32,000 nt of DNA from Methanothermus fervidus DSM 2088 (GCA_000166095.1 CP002278.1:840001-872000), one strand, 5' to 3'; shown: positions 20,778 to 31,146, counted from the stretch's first letter. Program-made: numbers and translations. Notes: generated from the sequence alone by a model not told the origin.

Positions 20778-21950
20778 TCAAATTAAGTTGTTTAAATCAT
20801 TAAATATTACATCTAAATTGTTACTTGGCAAGTAAATAGCAGCTTTTGCAGAATCAACGCCAATAGTCTTATATCCAAGGTCTTCAATAGGAGTTACTAC
20901 CATACAAGTATCACATAAAATTTTTCCTCCAGATTTTTCGATAATTTTTGTGTAGCCCATTCTATCTGCCATAATTTTTGTGGACAATGACGTACAAACC
21001 CACAAATCACAATTTAATTTTTTATTTGCTACTATTTCAGCAACTTTTTTAATATCCTGAATTGATGAATGAGGACAACCTATACATACAATTTCAGGTT
21101 TTTCATTTGTTGTAGATAATTCTTCCTTTGCAGCCTTTAAATCCTTTTTGGTTACAGTAATTTTATCTTCAAATTCATTTTTATCTATAAGAGAATACTC
21201 AGGTGTTACTCCTTCGATATGGTAAAGAGCAACAGCTCCAGCAGATGCCAGTGCAGCTCCTAAATTTTTTAAATCATCTACATCTGGTCTATTTAACATT
21301 TTAAAATAAGGTATTTTATCATTTATTTCTTTACCTATTAAATATCCTAAAACAGCATAATCAATTCCATTTAATTTTTCTTTTACTTCCACTAATACAT
21401 TTGGATTTCTATTTTCCTCTAAATGATATCCATATCTTGGTGTTTTTCCACATATAGCAGCTGCTAGTGCACTTGGACCTCCTTCTCTATTTGTTCTAGC
21501 ACCTAACACTGAATTTGCATATATAACTGCAGAGGATTCTGACCATGCAATATGCGATTTAAAAGTTGGAATATTTCCACAAAAATAGGGAGTACATGTA
21601 CATGATAAAGTCACGCCCATCTTTTGATAGGCTTTAACTATTTTGATTTGTTTTTTAGCAAAATTAGAAGGTATATTCAATTCTTCCCATCTTTTTAAAT
21701 CCATGCCAATTGGATTAAGCGTTGTGTAAACACTTGTAGTTGCAGAATTTTTTACCATATCTTCTAAATATTCAAGTCCAGCATCTCCGATAGTCTTATA
21801 AGATGCTCCCGAAACTTGCGCTGAAGAAATATTTATCAATCTATCAGCATCATATATATCACCTAATGTAACTAGTATTTCCATACTTATCCTAACAGCC
21901 TCTCCAAATTCTCCTTCATACATCTTTTCTTCTTCACGTGTAAGATACAT
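20778..21950 (-). CDS. Aconitase X catalytic-domain protein (DUF521), probable phosphomevalonate dehydratase large subunit
   Basis: The N-terminus [19 protein letters not shown]..., [22 protein letters not shown] and the Cys-containing CTCTPY segment are typical of DUF521/AcnX. I prefer ATG 21950 over the track's GTG 21959. Confidence 0.8.
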   Translation of the reverse strand: MYLTREEEKMYEGEFGEAVRISMEILVTLGDIYDADRLINISSAQVSGASYKTIGDAGLEYLEDMVKNSATTSVYTTLNPIGMDLKRWEELNIPSNFAKKQIKIVKAYQKMGVTLSCTCTPYFCGNIPTFKSHIAWSESSAVIYANSVLGARTNREGGPSALAAAICGKTPRYGYHLEENRNPNVLVEVKEKLNGIDYAVLGYLIGKEINDKIPYFKMLNRPDVDDLKNLGAALASAGAVALYHIEGVTPEYSLIDKNEFEDKITVTKKDLKAAKEELSTTNEKPEIVCIGCPHSSIQDIKKVAEIVANKKLNCDLWVCTSLSTKIMADRMGYTKIIEKSGGKILCDTCMVVTPIEDLGYKTIGVDSAKAAIYLPSNNLDVIFNDLNNLI

Positions 21951-21965
21951 GTTATACACGCCAAA

Positions 21966-23327
21966 TCACTTTTTTTGCTCACCAACAATTTCATCTACAA
22001 TATTTAAAAAATTATTCATTTCTTTGTATGGTATCATTGCACCTGCAGCAACGTTATGGCCACCTCCATTTCCACCAACACTATCAGAAGCCCGTTTCAA
22101 TGCCTTACCTAAATTTACACCCTTTTCAACGACAGACATGTTTGTTCTTGCAGAAACCTTTACATGGTTGTTAATTTTGTATAAACCTAAAGTCGGCATT
22201 GAATCATCAAGAATTCCTACTGACATTGCAATACTTACCAATGTTCCTATAATTGGCTTTATAGATTTATCTTCTGTGTAAACGTATTGTATATTCTTCA
22301 TTTTTTTACTATTTTCTCTTTTTAACCACTTTAATCCCTTTATTATTTTTTCATTATATTTTTTGAGGATCTTTGTGGCTTTTTCAATGTCTTCATTTTT
22401 ATTTTTGAGACATATGCTGAGTGCCAAGCCATACTCCTTGCTTTTACCACATGCGTCCAAAATTTCTGAAAAATATCTAAGGTCTTTAAGTTGACCAAAT
22501 CCAGGATCTAAATAAATTTTTCCATAGATATCTGGATTTATTTTACATAAGGATTCTTTAAGTTTTTCTTTTTCTTCTTTGTCCAATTCGTTATACCTTG
22601 CTTTGGGATTTATCCCTATTTTTTCTAAAAATTTTTTTGCAGAATCAAAATCTCCAGTTATTCCGGTAAGTGGTGGATAAAAAGTAAATGCAAGTGCTCT
22701 ATACAAATATTCATCTTTATGTAATATCCTAATATCTTCCTTCACTTTAATCTCGCCTTTTTTCAAACCTTCATCTAATATTATTTTATTTACACCCAAA
22801 AATCCATTTTCACATTGCATGTCACCTATAGCACCTACTAAAGCCATGCTAGCTAAATGTTCTATTTCAAAATTTTTCATAATTAGATATGCAGTACCTG
22901 AAGCGCTCAACTCTTGTGTACCATCAATATTAAAAAGATGTGGGTTCACATGAACAATGTTACCATTTCCTTCAATATCGTTTATTTCTCCAGTTATCTG
23001 ATGGTGATCAGCAACAATTACATCTCCTTTTAAATTTTTTGATAATATTTCTATCTCAGAACTTCCCATGTCACAGAAAAAGAATACTTTATATTTTTCT
23101 CTTGCTAATTTTTTTATAAATTCTTCATGAAGTCTAGAAATTATAGATACATGAAATTGTCCATCATTTTCAGATATGGCACGAGCTACCAATCCTGCAG
23201 ATGATAAACCATCAGAATCATTATGTGATATTATACGCACAATATTTTCATTGTCCAAATGTTCTTTAAGAATTTTAAATCCTTCATCTGCCTTATTTAA
23301 CAAGGACTGCAGCTTTTTCTGGGTCAT
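21966..23327 (-). CDS. recJ: RecJ-like DHH/DHHA1 phosphoesterase (archaeal RecJ/Cdc45-type, GAN-like)
   Basis: DHH motifs SHNDSDG, FFCDMG, VADHHQ and GDMQ, plus DHHA1 GGGH ([13 protein letters not shown]). The start is uncertain. ATG 23327 or 23351 overlaps the S15 3' end, and an in-frame TTG further down would reduce the overlap. Confidence 0.8.
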   Translation of the reverse strand: MTQKKLQSLLNKADEGFKILKEHLDNENIVRIISHNDSDGLSSAGLVARAISENDGQFHVSIISRLHEEFIKKLAREKYKVFFFCDMGSSEIEILSKNLKGDVIVADHHQITGEINDIEGNGNIVHVNPHLFNIDGTQELSASGTAYLIMKNFEIEHLASMALVGAIGDMQCENGFLGVNKIILDEGLKKGEIKVKEDIRILHKDEYLYRALAFTFYPPLTGITGDFDSAKKFLEKIGINPKARYNELDKEEKEKLKESLCKINPDIYGKIYLDPGFGQLKDLRYFSEILDACGKSKEYGLALSICLKNKNEDIEKATKILKKYNEKIIKGLKWLKRENSKKMKNIQYVYTEDKSIKPIIGTLVSIAMSVGILDDSMPTLGLYKINNHVKVSARTNMSVVEKGVNLGKALKRASDSVGGNGGGHNVAAGAMIPYKEMNNFLNIVDEIVGEQKK

Positions 23328-23697
23328 ACTTCCATCCTTCTGGAAGAACACCTTTCCTCTTGTAATATTTTACTAGACGCCTGATCTTTGACTCTATTAA
23401 TTGCAATCCTCTCTTACTATGTAGATCTTTTGGATGTTCTTTTAGGTGTTCACGTAATCTAACTGCTCTACGAATTAAATTCATTAAATCCTCAGGATAT
23501 TCTGGCTTTAAGCCATGTTTTTCAAGTATTTGTGTAATTTTAAGTCCAATGACATCCTTTACTTTTGGAATTCCATATTGATCTCTTAATATTATACCTA
23601 TTTTGCTTGGTGGATGGCCTTCTTTGTATAATTTCACCACTAATTCTTCTATTTCTTCTTTTGAATAATCTACCCAGTCAGGTTTTCTTCCTCTCAT
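23293..23697 (-). CDS. rps15: 30S ribosomal protein S15
   Basis: [43 protein letters not shown] prefer ATG 23697 (MRGRKPDW...), which is preceded by GGTGA and forms an ATGA overlap with the ham1 stop. The track's 23727 start lies inside ham1. Confidence 0.9.
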   Translation of the reverse strand: MRGRKPDWVDYSKEEIEELVVKLYKEGHPPSKIGIILRDQYGIPKVKDVIGLKITQILEKHGLKPEYPEDLMNLIRRAVRLREHLKEHPKDLHSKRGLQLIESKIRRLVKYYKRKGVLPEGWKYDPEKAAVLVK

Positions 23698-24263
23698 TTG
23701 ATCACCTTCTGTTGTTTTTTGAACCATGATACAAATTTTCTAAAGGATTTGCCTCTATGTGATATTCTGTTTTTTTCTTCAGGATCCAATTCTCCAAATG
23801 TTTTTTTGTATCCTTCAGGATAGAAAATGGGATCAAATGCAAAACCCTTATCACCAATCTCCTCTGTAGATATATTACCTTTAACTACTCCTACAAAAAT
23901 TTTAGGTTTTGAACCTGGTTCACAATAACCTACAACAGATTTAAATTCAGCTTGTCTATCCTCTATGTTTTCCATTAATTTAAGTATACCTTTATTTCCT
24001 ATTGTTTTTTGTACATAGGAAGAATAAGGCCCTGGAAATCCATTTAAGGCCTTAATAAATAATCCTGCATCCTCAACAATTACAGGGTGATTGAGTTTTT
24101 CCGCTAATTTTTTTGCTGCATGAGAAGCCACTTCTTCTAATGATCCTTGGATCTCATAATATTTAACATTTCTATGCTCCATCTCTATATTATTTTCCTC
24201 AAATATTTTCCTTGCCTCAGATACTTTGTGTAAATTACTAGTTATAAATATTACCTTTTTCAT
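23694..24263 (-). CDS. Non-canonical purine NTP pyrophosphatase (Ham1/RdgB/ITPase family)
   Basis: 189 aa with [36 protein letters not shown] and SHRGKS, which are typical Ham1 family segments. Confidence 0.88.
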   Translation of the reverse strand: MKKVIFITSNLHKVSEARKIFEENNIEMEHRNVKYYEIQGSLEEVASHAAKKLAEKLNHPVIVEDAGLFIKALNGFPGPYSSYVQKTIGNKGILKLMENIEDRQAEFKSVVGYCEPGSKPKIFVGVVKGNISTEEIGDKGFAFDPIFYPEGYKKTFGELDPEEKNRISHRGKSFRKFVSWFKKQQKVIK

Positions 24264-24289
24264 GTCTTTCCCTCATAACTTTTTAAGAA

Positions 24290-25919
<1,630 letters not shown>

Positions 25920-25942
25920 TCCCCAGTTTTTTATCTGATATT

Positions 25943-26527
25943 ATGGATTTTTTAGACTTAATACATTACTACAATAATTATCTATTCAATATAATTAATC
26001 ATAAATTAGATAATCCATATTTTGACGTCATAATGCCTACAATTACCAATTTTGGAGCCCCTAGTGTTTTATGTTTATTTTTTATAGTAATGTTTTTCCT
26101 TAGCAATAAGAAAGATAAAAAAATAGCTTTACTTTCTGTTTTAAGCATAATTATTGCGGAAAGCATCGTCACAATTTTAAAATATACTGTCAACGAACCT
26201 AGACCATTCCTTGTGATTCCAAACGTAGATCTTTTGGTTGTAGAAAAAGGTTATTCTTTTCCATCAGGCCACTCTGCAGCTGCATTTGCAGTAGCAATGA
26301 TACTTGGAAATAAATATTATATTAAATTAAAAGGGAGAAACATTTCAATGTGTTTAACACTGTTTTATGCAATCTTGATAGCATTTTCAAGAATTTATAT
26401 AGGAGTTCATTATCCTATAGACGTGGTTGGTGGAGGAATTGTAGGAATTTTCTCTGCATATGTTATTTTAAAATTTGAAAATAATATTTACATGATTTTG
26501 AAAAAATTAATCAACTCTATACCTTAA
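25943..26527 (+). CDS. PAP2-family membrane phosphatase (polyprenyl/lipid phosphate phosphatase-like)
   Basis: 194 aa, multi-TM. All three PAP2 motifs are present: [13 protein letters not shown] and [13 protein letters not shown]. Confidence 0.8.
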   Translation: MDFLDLIHYYNNYLFNIINHKLDNPYFDVIMPTITNFGAPSVLCLFFIVMFFLSNKKDKKIALLSVLSIIIAESIVTILKYTVNEPRPFLVIPNVDLLVVEKGYSFPSGHSAAAFAVAMILGNKYYIKLKGRNISMCLTLFYAILIAFSRIYIGVHYPIDVVGGGIVGIFSAYVILKFENNIYMILKKLINSIP

Positions 26528-27625
26528 AATAGCAGCTATACCTCCAAAAGCCTGCATTAGTTGTTTACCTTCATCGGTATCTGTAGATACAAATATTATC
26601 TCAGCTCCAGTATTTTCTGCAAGATCCATTAATTTTTTAACAAATTTTTCATTTTTTGACCCAAATTCTTCAGAAATTAGAAGAGTTTCTACAGCACCCA
26701 TTTCTAAACATTTTAATATTTCATCCTTACCATATGCCGCAAGTCCTTCATCTTTTACTAACTCATTTAAAAATTTTTGCACAGCTTTTTTCTCCTGAAC
26801 AATACTAATTTCAGAGAGAGTATCTGTAGCTTTATTTACAAGTTCTTTCAATCCAAATTCTCCTGTATATGATATATCAAAAGTACCAATTATCTTTTCT
26901 TTGAGTTCATAATGCAGATAATCTCCCTTTGCAAAATCTTCTTTTGTTGGGCCAGGACCACCTATTAATATACCTTTCAATTCATCTTTCATAGGTAAAA
27001 ATAATTCATTCATGTGTTCACCGATCCTTTTTAAAAATTCATGTGCTGCCCACTCTATTATCCTGTCAAATCGTCTTTGTGACTGTCCTCCTGCTTTATG
27101 TTTCCCAGGGACACCACTAGTTAATACCTTAAGTACTTCAATTCTTTTACCTTTAAGTAATCCAATAGTAGCTTCTCTACGATCTATAACAGCCAACCCA
27201 TATACGTCCTTTTCTTCTAACATTTCCTTTAAAGGTTCTAAATAAAATTTAGAATTGCAATGATATACATATGATGTTATTGGCTCTGGTGGCTCAAGAA
27301 CATAAGTTTCCATTTTTTCTGTACCAGGTCCACCTTTAGGAATCATACCTGTAAATATAACAAGTCCATTTTTTGGAGGTTTATCAAAAAGTTTCAGTCT
27401 TTGCATTATCACCTCTATTCCTGACTGCACGTTTTTTCTTGTTTGTTTACTTTTTATATTAGCACTTTGGCTCAATTCTTCACGCATATGTTTCATAACA
27501 TCGCTAATTTGTCTGTCAGGTGGTATATATACAGATATTAATTCTGTACCTCTACCTTTTTTCTTGGATAATTTCTCTATAGTTCTTTTAAGTTCATATC
27601 TGTCCCTAGATGATTTGCTGTCCAC
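26507..27625 (-). CDS. prf1: Peptide chain release factor aRF1
   Basis: 372 aa with NIKS ([10 protein letters not shown]), YxCxxxF (YHCNSKF) and GGQ ([11 protein letters not shown]). GTG start after SD GGAGGA. The 3' end overlaps the PAP2 3' end by 21 nt. Confidence 0.92.
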   Translation of the reverse strand: MDSKSSRDRYELKRTIEKLSKKKGRGTELISVYIPPDRQISDVMKHMREELSQSANIKSKQTRKNVQSGIEVIMQRLKLFDKPPKNGLVIFTGMIPKGGPGTEKMETYVLEPPEPITSYVYHCNSKFYLEPLKEMLEEKDVYGLAVIDRREATIGLLKGKRIEVLKVLTSGVPGKHKAGGQSQRRFDRIIEWAAHEFLKRIGEHMNELFLPMKDELKGILIGGPGPTKEDFAKGDYLHYELKEKIIGTFDISYTGEFGLKELVNKATDTLSEISIVQEKKAVQKFLNELVKDEGLAAYGKDEILKCLEMGAVETLLISEEFGSKNEKFVKKLMDLAENTGAEIIFVSTDTDEGKQLMQAFGGIAAILRYRVD

Positions 27626-27758
27626 AATTTTCCTCCTAGTTTTTTATAATATTGAATTTTTGATTTTGCCTTTATAACTTTTTTCGAAACAAAACATAAA
27701 AAATTTAAAAAACATTGTCGAAATAAACCAATTGTATAAAAAATGTTGAGGTGAAGAA
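27626..27758. promoter_or_regulatory. Divergent promoter region between aRF1 and the DUF308-like gene (largest spacer in the window)
   Basis: 133 nt and very AT-rich. TATA-like elements include TTATAAAG on the minus strand (about 27671-27678) and AAATTTAAAAA / GTATAAAAAA on the plus strand. It also contains short direct repeats (see findings). Confidence 0.3.
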
Positions 27759-28208
27759 ATGTTGTGGAGAGGAATACTATACATAATATTGGGGATTTTA
27801 TTTTTAATGTCTCCAATTGGCGGTGTTAAACTTTTAAGTATATGTACGGGACTAATACTTCTATTAATTGGTATACGACTGATTTTAACAGCAAAAGGCT
27901 TATTACCATTGAGAATATACCATCTAATTTTGGGAGTTATTTTAGTGATAGTCAGTGTCTTATTAATATTCCAAATTATTCCTATTAGCATATTCCTGAC
28001 AGCAGGATTGTACATTGCAGGTATCTTAGTGATTATTGCCGGAATATTCATGTTTACATTAAATCTCAGGAATATTGGTGTTCTATCTCTGCTAATAGGA
28101 GTTCTCTATATAATAACCGGAACTTTATTATTAAATCCATTCTACCTTGGAACAATAATTGGACTAATATTTTTAATACATGGAATTATTCTATTAAGGA
28201 CATTGTAG
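27759..28208 (+). CDS. Small polytopic membrane protein, DUF308/HdeD-like
   Basis: 149 aa and almost entirely hydrophobic, with about 5 TM segments. G-x-x-L-L-x-x-G-I type repeats are reminiscent of DUF308. SD GAGGTGA upstream. The family call is from memory only. Confidence 0.55.
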   Translation: MLWRGILYIILGILFLMSPIGGVKLLSICTGLILLLIGIRLILTAKGLLPLRIYHLILGVILVIVSVLLIFQIIPISIFLTAGLYIAGILVIIAGIFMFTLNLRNIGVLSLLIGVLYIITGTLLLNPFYLGTIIGLIFLIHGIILLRTL

Positions 28209-28219
28209 ATTTAAGCGAT

Positions 28220-28420
28220 TCAATGTTTACTAAGCATCATATATATCCAGACTGCAATGAAAGCTAGAAGTGCTAAATACATTACCATCCTTGTTTTTTT
28301 AATTCTTTCGTGATTTTCGATTAATATTCTTTCACATTCAGGAGAACAAGTTCTCTTGTCAAGTGGTATAGGTTTACCACAAACAGGACAATGTTTATGT
28401 GGCTCTACCAATTTAAACAC
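28220..28420 (-). CDS. Zn-ribbon protein with C-terminal TM helix (DUF2116-like)
   Basis: 66 aa with HKHCPVCGKPI...CSPEC (CxxC...CxxxC), a basic linker, then TM MVMYLALLAFIAVWIYMML. GTG 28420 lies 1 nt after the pyrH stop. A TTG three codons downstream is an alternative start. Confidence 0.6.
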   Translation of the reverse strand: MFKLVEPHKHCPVCGKPIPLDKRTCSPECERILIENHERIKKTRMVMYLALLAFIAVWIYMMLSKH

Positions 28421-28421
28421 C

Positions 28422-29093
28422 TCACTTTGGAATGACTGTTGTACCTACTTCACCTTTAAGGACCCTTAAAAGATTTTGTGGGTCTTTTCCATTTGCAATT
28501 TTTAATTTTATTTTTGACCTACTAACAACATCTAACGCGGTTCTATCAAAAAATTCATAAGTACCTGCCATAGATTTGTTATCTAAAACCTCTAACATTT
28601 TACTTATAGTTACTTTACTATAAAATTTCGCATCCTTATATTTTTTTGGGTCTTTATCATAAAAACCATCTACAGATGTTAAGTTAATTAAGATATCTGC
28701 ATCCACAAACTCTGCCAATATCGCTCCAACAGCGTCTGTACTATGTGCAGGTTCTGTTCCTCCCATTATAACTATTTTCTTGCTTTCAGAAAATTTCAAA
28801 GCCTCTTGAAAATTTTTAGCTATTTCTGGATATGCACTGTCTCCCAAGGCTATTTTTAATAATTTTGCATTAAGTCTAGTTACATCAATTCCAATATCAT
28901 CACACTGTGCTTCATTAGCTCCTAAAGATCTTGCTAAGGCTATATATTCTCTTGCAGGTTTTCCACCACCAATAACTATCCATATTTTGTGATCTTTACT
29001 TAAATCTCTCAGTATTTTTGCATATTCTCTGAATTTTTTGGGATTAGAATCTTCCATAAGTACTGATCCACCGATGATGATAACGATCTTCAT
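28422..29093 (-). CDS. pyrH: UMP kinase (archaeal type)
   Basis: 223 aa, amino-acid-kinase fold, with KIVIIIGGSVL, IVIGGGKPAR, GGTEPAHSTD and VDGFYDKDPKKY. SD AAGGTGGT upstream. Confidence 0.9.
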   Translation of the reverse strand: MKIVIIIGGSVLMEDSNPKKFREYAKILRDLSKDHKIWIVIGGGKPAREYIALARSLGANEAQCDDIGIDVTRLNAKLLKIALGDSAYPEIAKNFQEALKFSESKKIVIMGGTEPAHSTDAVGAILAEFVDADILINLTSVDGFYDKDPKKYKDAKFYSKVTISKMLEVLDNKSMAGTYEFFDRTALDVVSRSKIKLKIANGKDPQNLLRVLKGEVGTTVIPK

Positions 29094-29121
29094 ATTACCA
29101 CCTTGCTACAAATAAATCTGT

Positions 29122-29150
29122 AACATTTATATCAAAGCACTTTATATAAA
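29122..29150. promoter_or_regulatory. Candidate back-to-back TATA boxes in the pyrH / small-ORF divergent spacer
   Basis: ATTTATAT (29125-29132) is spaced suitably for the plus-strand ORF. The perfect palindrome TTTATATAAA (29141-29150) is spaced suitably, about 48 nt, for pyrH on the minus strand. Sequence-only prediction. Confidence 0.3.
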
Positions 29151-29175
29151 AAGACATAAGTTTTAGGTGAAAACT

Positions 29176-29352
29176 ATGGAAGAAGATGACCTTTTCGATT
29201 TCGAGGAAGAGAGTAGAAGGTTCACCGAAATTGTAAATGAAATTCGAGAACGGCGTATTAAAGCCGAAAGAAGGCGCAAATTTATTAGAATATTTTTCCC
29301 CATCCTTGTTGTTATGGGGATGTCCATAGCTATCTTATTTTTACTCTTATAA
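29176..29352 (+). CDS. Hypothetical 58-aa tail-anchored membrane protein
   Basis: MEEDDLFDFEEE (acidic/aromatic), then RRFTEIVNEIRERRIKAERRRKFIR (basic helix), then C-terminal TM IFFPILVVMGMSIAILFLLL. I prefer ATG 29176 (SD AGGTGA 29165-29170) over GTG 29167. I recognise no family. Confidence 0.45.
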   Translation: MEEDDLFDFEEESRRFTEIVNEIRERRIKAERRRKFIRIFFPILVVMGMSIAILFLLL

Positions 29353-29429
29353 AAATAATTTTATTAAACTAGTTTAGATTATTAATTTGTCAGTCAAATT
29401 TATTTTACTAGCTTAATGTGGAGGATATA

Positions 29430-30056
29430 ATGATAGAGGATAAAATAAAACTACTTAGAAAAGCTGCACAGGTATCTACAACAGAAAGTGCAGAAAATGT
29501 ATGGTGTGTCATAGTAGGAAACAAAGAAGTAATAGACACAATAGTTTATGAAGTAATGTCATTAAAAGAGAATGTCAAAATATTATTAAAAAGAAAGATG
29601 AAATTAAATGAATTATTCATAACTCGAAAATTTAATTTAATGGTGCTATATGGTGAAGAATCACAAATACGTGAATTAAGTTTAATATGTAAAGAAATAG
29701 GAGGTTTAGCATTAAAAATTGCGCCATATCATGTTAAAAACAATTCCAATTTGGTACTTATTGTGGGCTTACTACCTCATGTAAAAAAATATATTGGTAA
29801 ATTAGAAGATAAAAATATAAAATTTTCAATAATCTTAAGAGAAGAAACAAGTAGTTTTATAGACACTGACGTCAGATTACTAAAATATTTGCCAAACTTT
29901 GTTAAAGATATATTGGATCCACTTTTTAAAGTTACTGATGTCCTAGTATCTACAATTTTACTATCAATAGATAAAAAAGATTTTGAAAAAATAGATGAAA
30001 TAAAAAGCAAAGATGTGTTCGTCTTGAAATTCAGAGAAATAATGGGAGAGAAATAA
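29430..30056 (+). CDS. Hypothetical soluble protein (208 aa), translationally coupled to mreB
   Basis: I prefer ATG 29430 after SD GGAGGA (29420-29425). It has an alternating beta/alpha-like pattern (VWCVIVGNKEVID..., NLVLIVGLLPHVKK...), no TM and no motif I can assign. Its stop at 30054-30056 lies 1 nt before the mreB ATG. Confidence 0.55.
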   Translation: MIEDKIKLLRKAAQVSTTESAENVWCVIVGNKEVIDTIVYEVMSLKENVKILLKRKMKLNELFITRKFNLMVLYGEESQIRELSLICKEIGGLALKIAPYHVKNNSNLVLIVGLLPHVKKYIGKLEDKNIKFSIILREETSSFIDTDVRLLKYLPNFVKDILDPLFKVTDVLVSTILLSIDKKDFEKIDEIKSKDVFVLKFREIMGEK

Positions 30057-30057
30057 A

Positions 30058-31146
30058 ATGTTTTTTAAAAAAGAGAGCGAAAAAAAAGAGAATAAAGAAA
30101 AAGTGACAAGAAAAAAAGTCTCAAACGTAAAATCTTTAGGAATTGACCTAGGTACCTTAAATACGGTTGTAGCAGTTCCAGCAGGAGATAAATTTGAAAT
30201 ATATGAAATACCATCTGTAGTAGCTGTAAAAAAAGAAGATCCATCACATGTATTAGCTGTTGGAGAAGAAGCCAAATTAATGCTTGGAAGAACTCCTGAA
30301 GATATAATAGCTGTAAGACCATTGAGAAGAGGAGTAATAGAGAGCATTTCACAAGCTAAGGCCTTACTCATTCATGCGGTGAAAAAAGGTTCAAAGAACG
30401 ATGTTTCTTCTGTTGAAAGAATAGTAGTTGGTGTTCCTGGAGATGTTTCAGAAGTAGAAAGAAAAGCTGTAGAAGAGATTAGCAAGGAAATCGGAATAAA
30501 AAATGTTATAACTATAAGTGAAGCATTGGCAGCTGCAATCGGTGAAGGTTTACCTATTGCAGATGCATCTGGTACAATGATTATTGATTTGGGTGCAGGA
30601 TCCAGTGACGTCGCTGTTATATCACTTGGAGGAATTACAGATATTGAAACTTTCAGATATGGTGGAGACAATATCGATGAAAATTTAGTTAGGCTTGTAA
30701 AAGAAAAATATGATGTAGAAATAGGATTACATGAAGCAGAAAAATGTAAGATCAAAGTGGGAATGGTTAAATGCAACAAAGAATTAGAAAATAAAAAAAT
30801 TAAAATAATTGGAAAATGTTCAAAAACAAATAAACCAAAAGAGATAACTGTGGATTCTAAGATGGTAGCAGAAGCTGCTGAGCCATTAATGAAAAAACTT
30901 ATAAATGCATTATCTGACATCTTAGAAAGATTGTCTCCAGAATTAATTTCCGGTGTTTATAAAAGATCTGTTGTAGTTGGAGGAGTCTCACAGATAAGGG
31001 GGTTAAAGGAAAGAATATACGAGGAAGTAGGAATTCCTGTAAAAATCTCTAATGATCCATTGAAAGTTGTAGCTAAGGGGGCAGCCATAGTAGCTGCAGA
31101 ACCTAGGGCATTAGAGCCAGAAATAAGATTGAAGGCTATGAAATGA
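30058..31146 (+). CDS. mreB: MreB-like actin-family cytoskeletal ATPase
   Basis: 362 aa with phosphate-1 LGIDLGTLNTVVAV, EPSVVA-like IPSVVAV, VGEEAKLMLGRTPEDIIAVRPLRRGVI, phosphate-2 MIIDLGAGSSDVAVISLGG and adenosine motif VVVGGVSQIRGLKERI. It is co-linear with bacterial MreB throughout. Confidence 0.85.
   Translation: MFFKKESEKKENKEKVTRKKVSNVKSLGIDLGTLNTVVAVPAGDKFEIYEIPSVVAVKKEDPSHVLAVGEEAKLMLGRTPEDIIAVRPLRRGVIESISQAKALLIHAVKKGSKNDVSSVERIVVGVPGDVSEVERKAVEEISKEIGIKNVITISEALAAAIGEGLPIADASGTMIIDLGAGSSDVAVISLGGITDIETFRYGGDNIDENLVRLVKEKYDVEIGLHEAEKCKIKVGMVKCNKELENKKIKIIGKCSKTNKPKEITVDSKMVAEAAEPLMKKLINALSDILERLSPELISGVYKRSVVVGGVSQIRGLKERIYEEVGIPVKISNDPLKVVAKGAAIVAAEPRALEPEIRLKAMK

Noticed and set aside
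23293-23697. S15 appears to lack the basic N-terminal MARMHARKRGKSGS-type segment I recall from Thermococcales S15
   Set aside because: The in-frame upstream codons ([10 protein letters not shown]) do not encode it either, and they lie inside ham1. The rest of the protein is full-length and conserved. This is likely normal lineage variation, and I cannot verify it without an alignment.
26507-27625. aRF1 is only 372 aa, so possibly truncated
   Set aside because: NIKS, YxCxxxF, GGQ and a complete C-terminal domain ending ...[12 protein letters not shown] are all present. Archaeal aRF1 lengths vary enough that this is not anomalous.
27644-28051. 135-aa ORF antisense to the DUF308-like membrane protein, and 27577-27816 (79 aa)
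   Set aside because: These ORFs run through the intergenic promoter region and into aRF1. The plus-strand ORF has a good SD and a coherent multi-TM pattern, so I prefer it. I cannot strictly exclude the opposite strand for such a hydrophobic, low-information gene.
29201-29290. Locally GC-richer stretch with CGN arginine codons and small hairpins (CGGC-N8-GCCG) inside the 58-aa ORF, so possibly a structured RNA
   Set aside because: The stems are only 3-4 bp, and the region reads as a coherent ORF with an SD and a terminal TM helix. CGN codons also occur sporadically in neighbouring genes. No known RNA family is recognisable.
30372-30920. 182-aa ORF antisense to mreB (also 30065-30352 and 29964-30371)
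   Set aside because: It is entirely contained within, and antisense to, a strongly supported MreB gene. The translation is low-complexity S/T/I/F-rich, as expected from the complement of K/E/G-rich codons. It has no SD and no recognisable motif.
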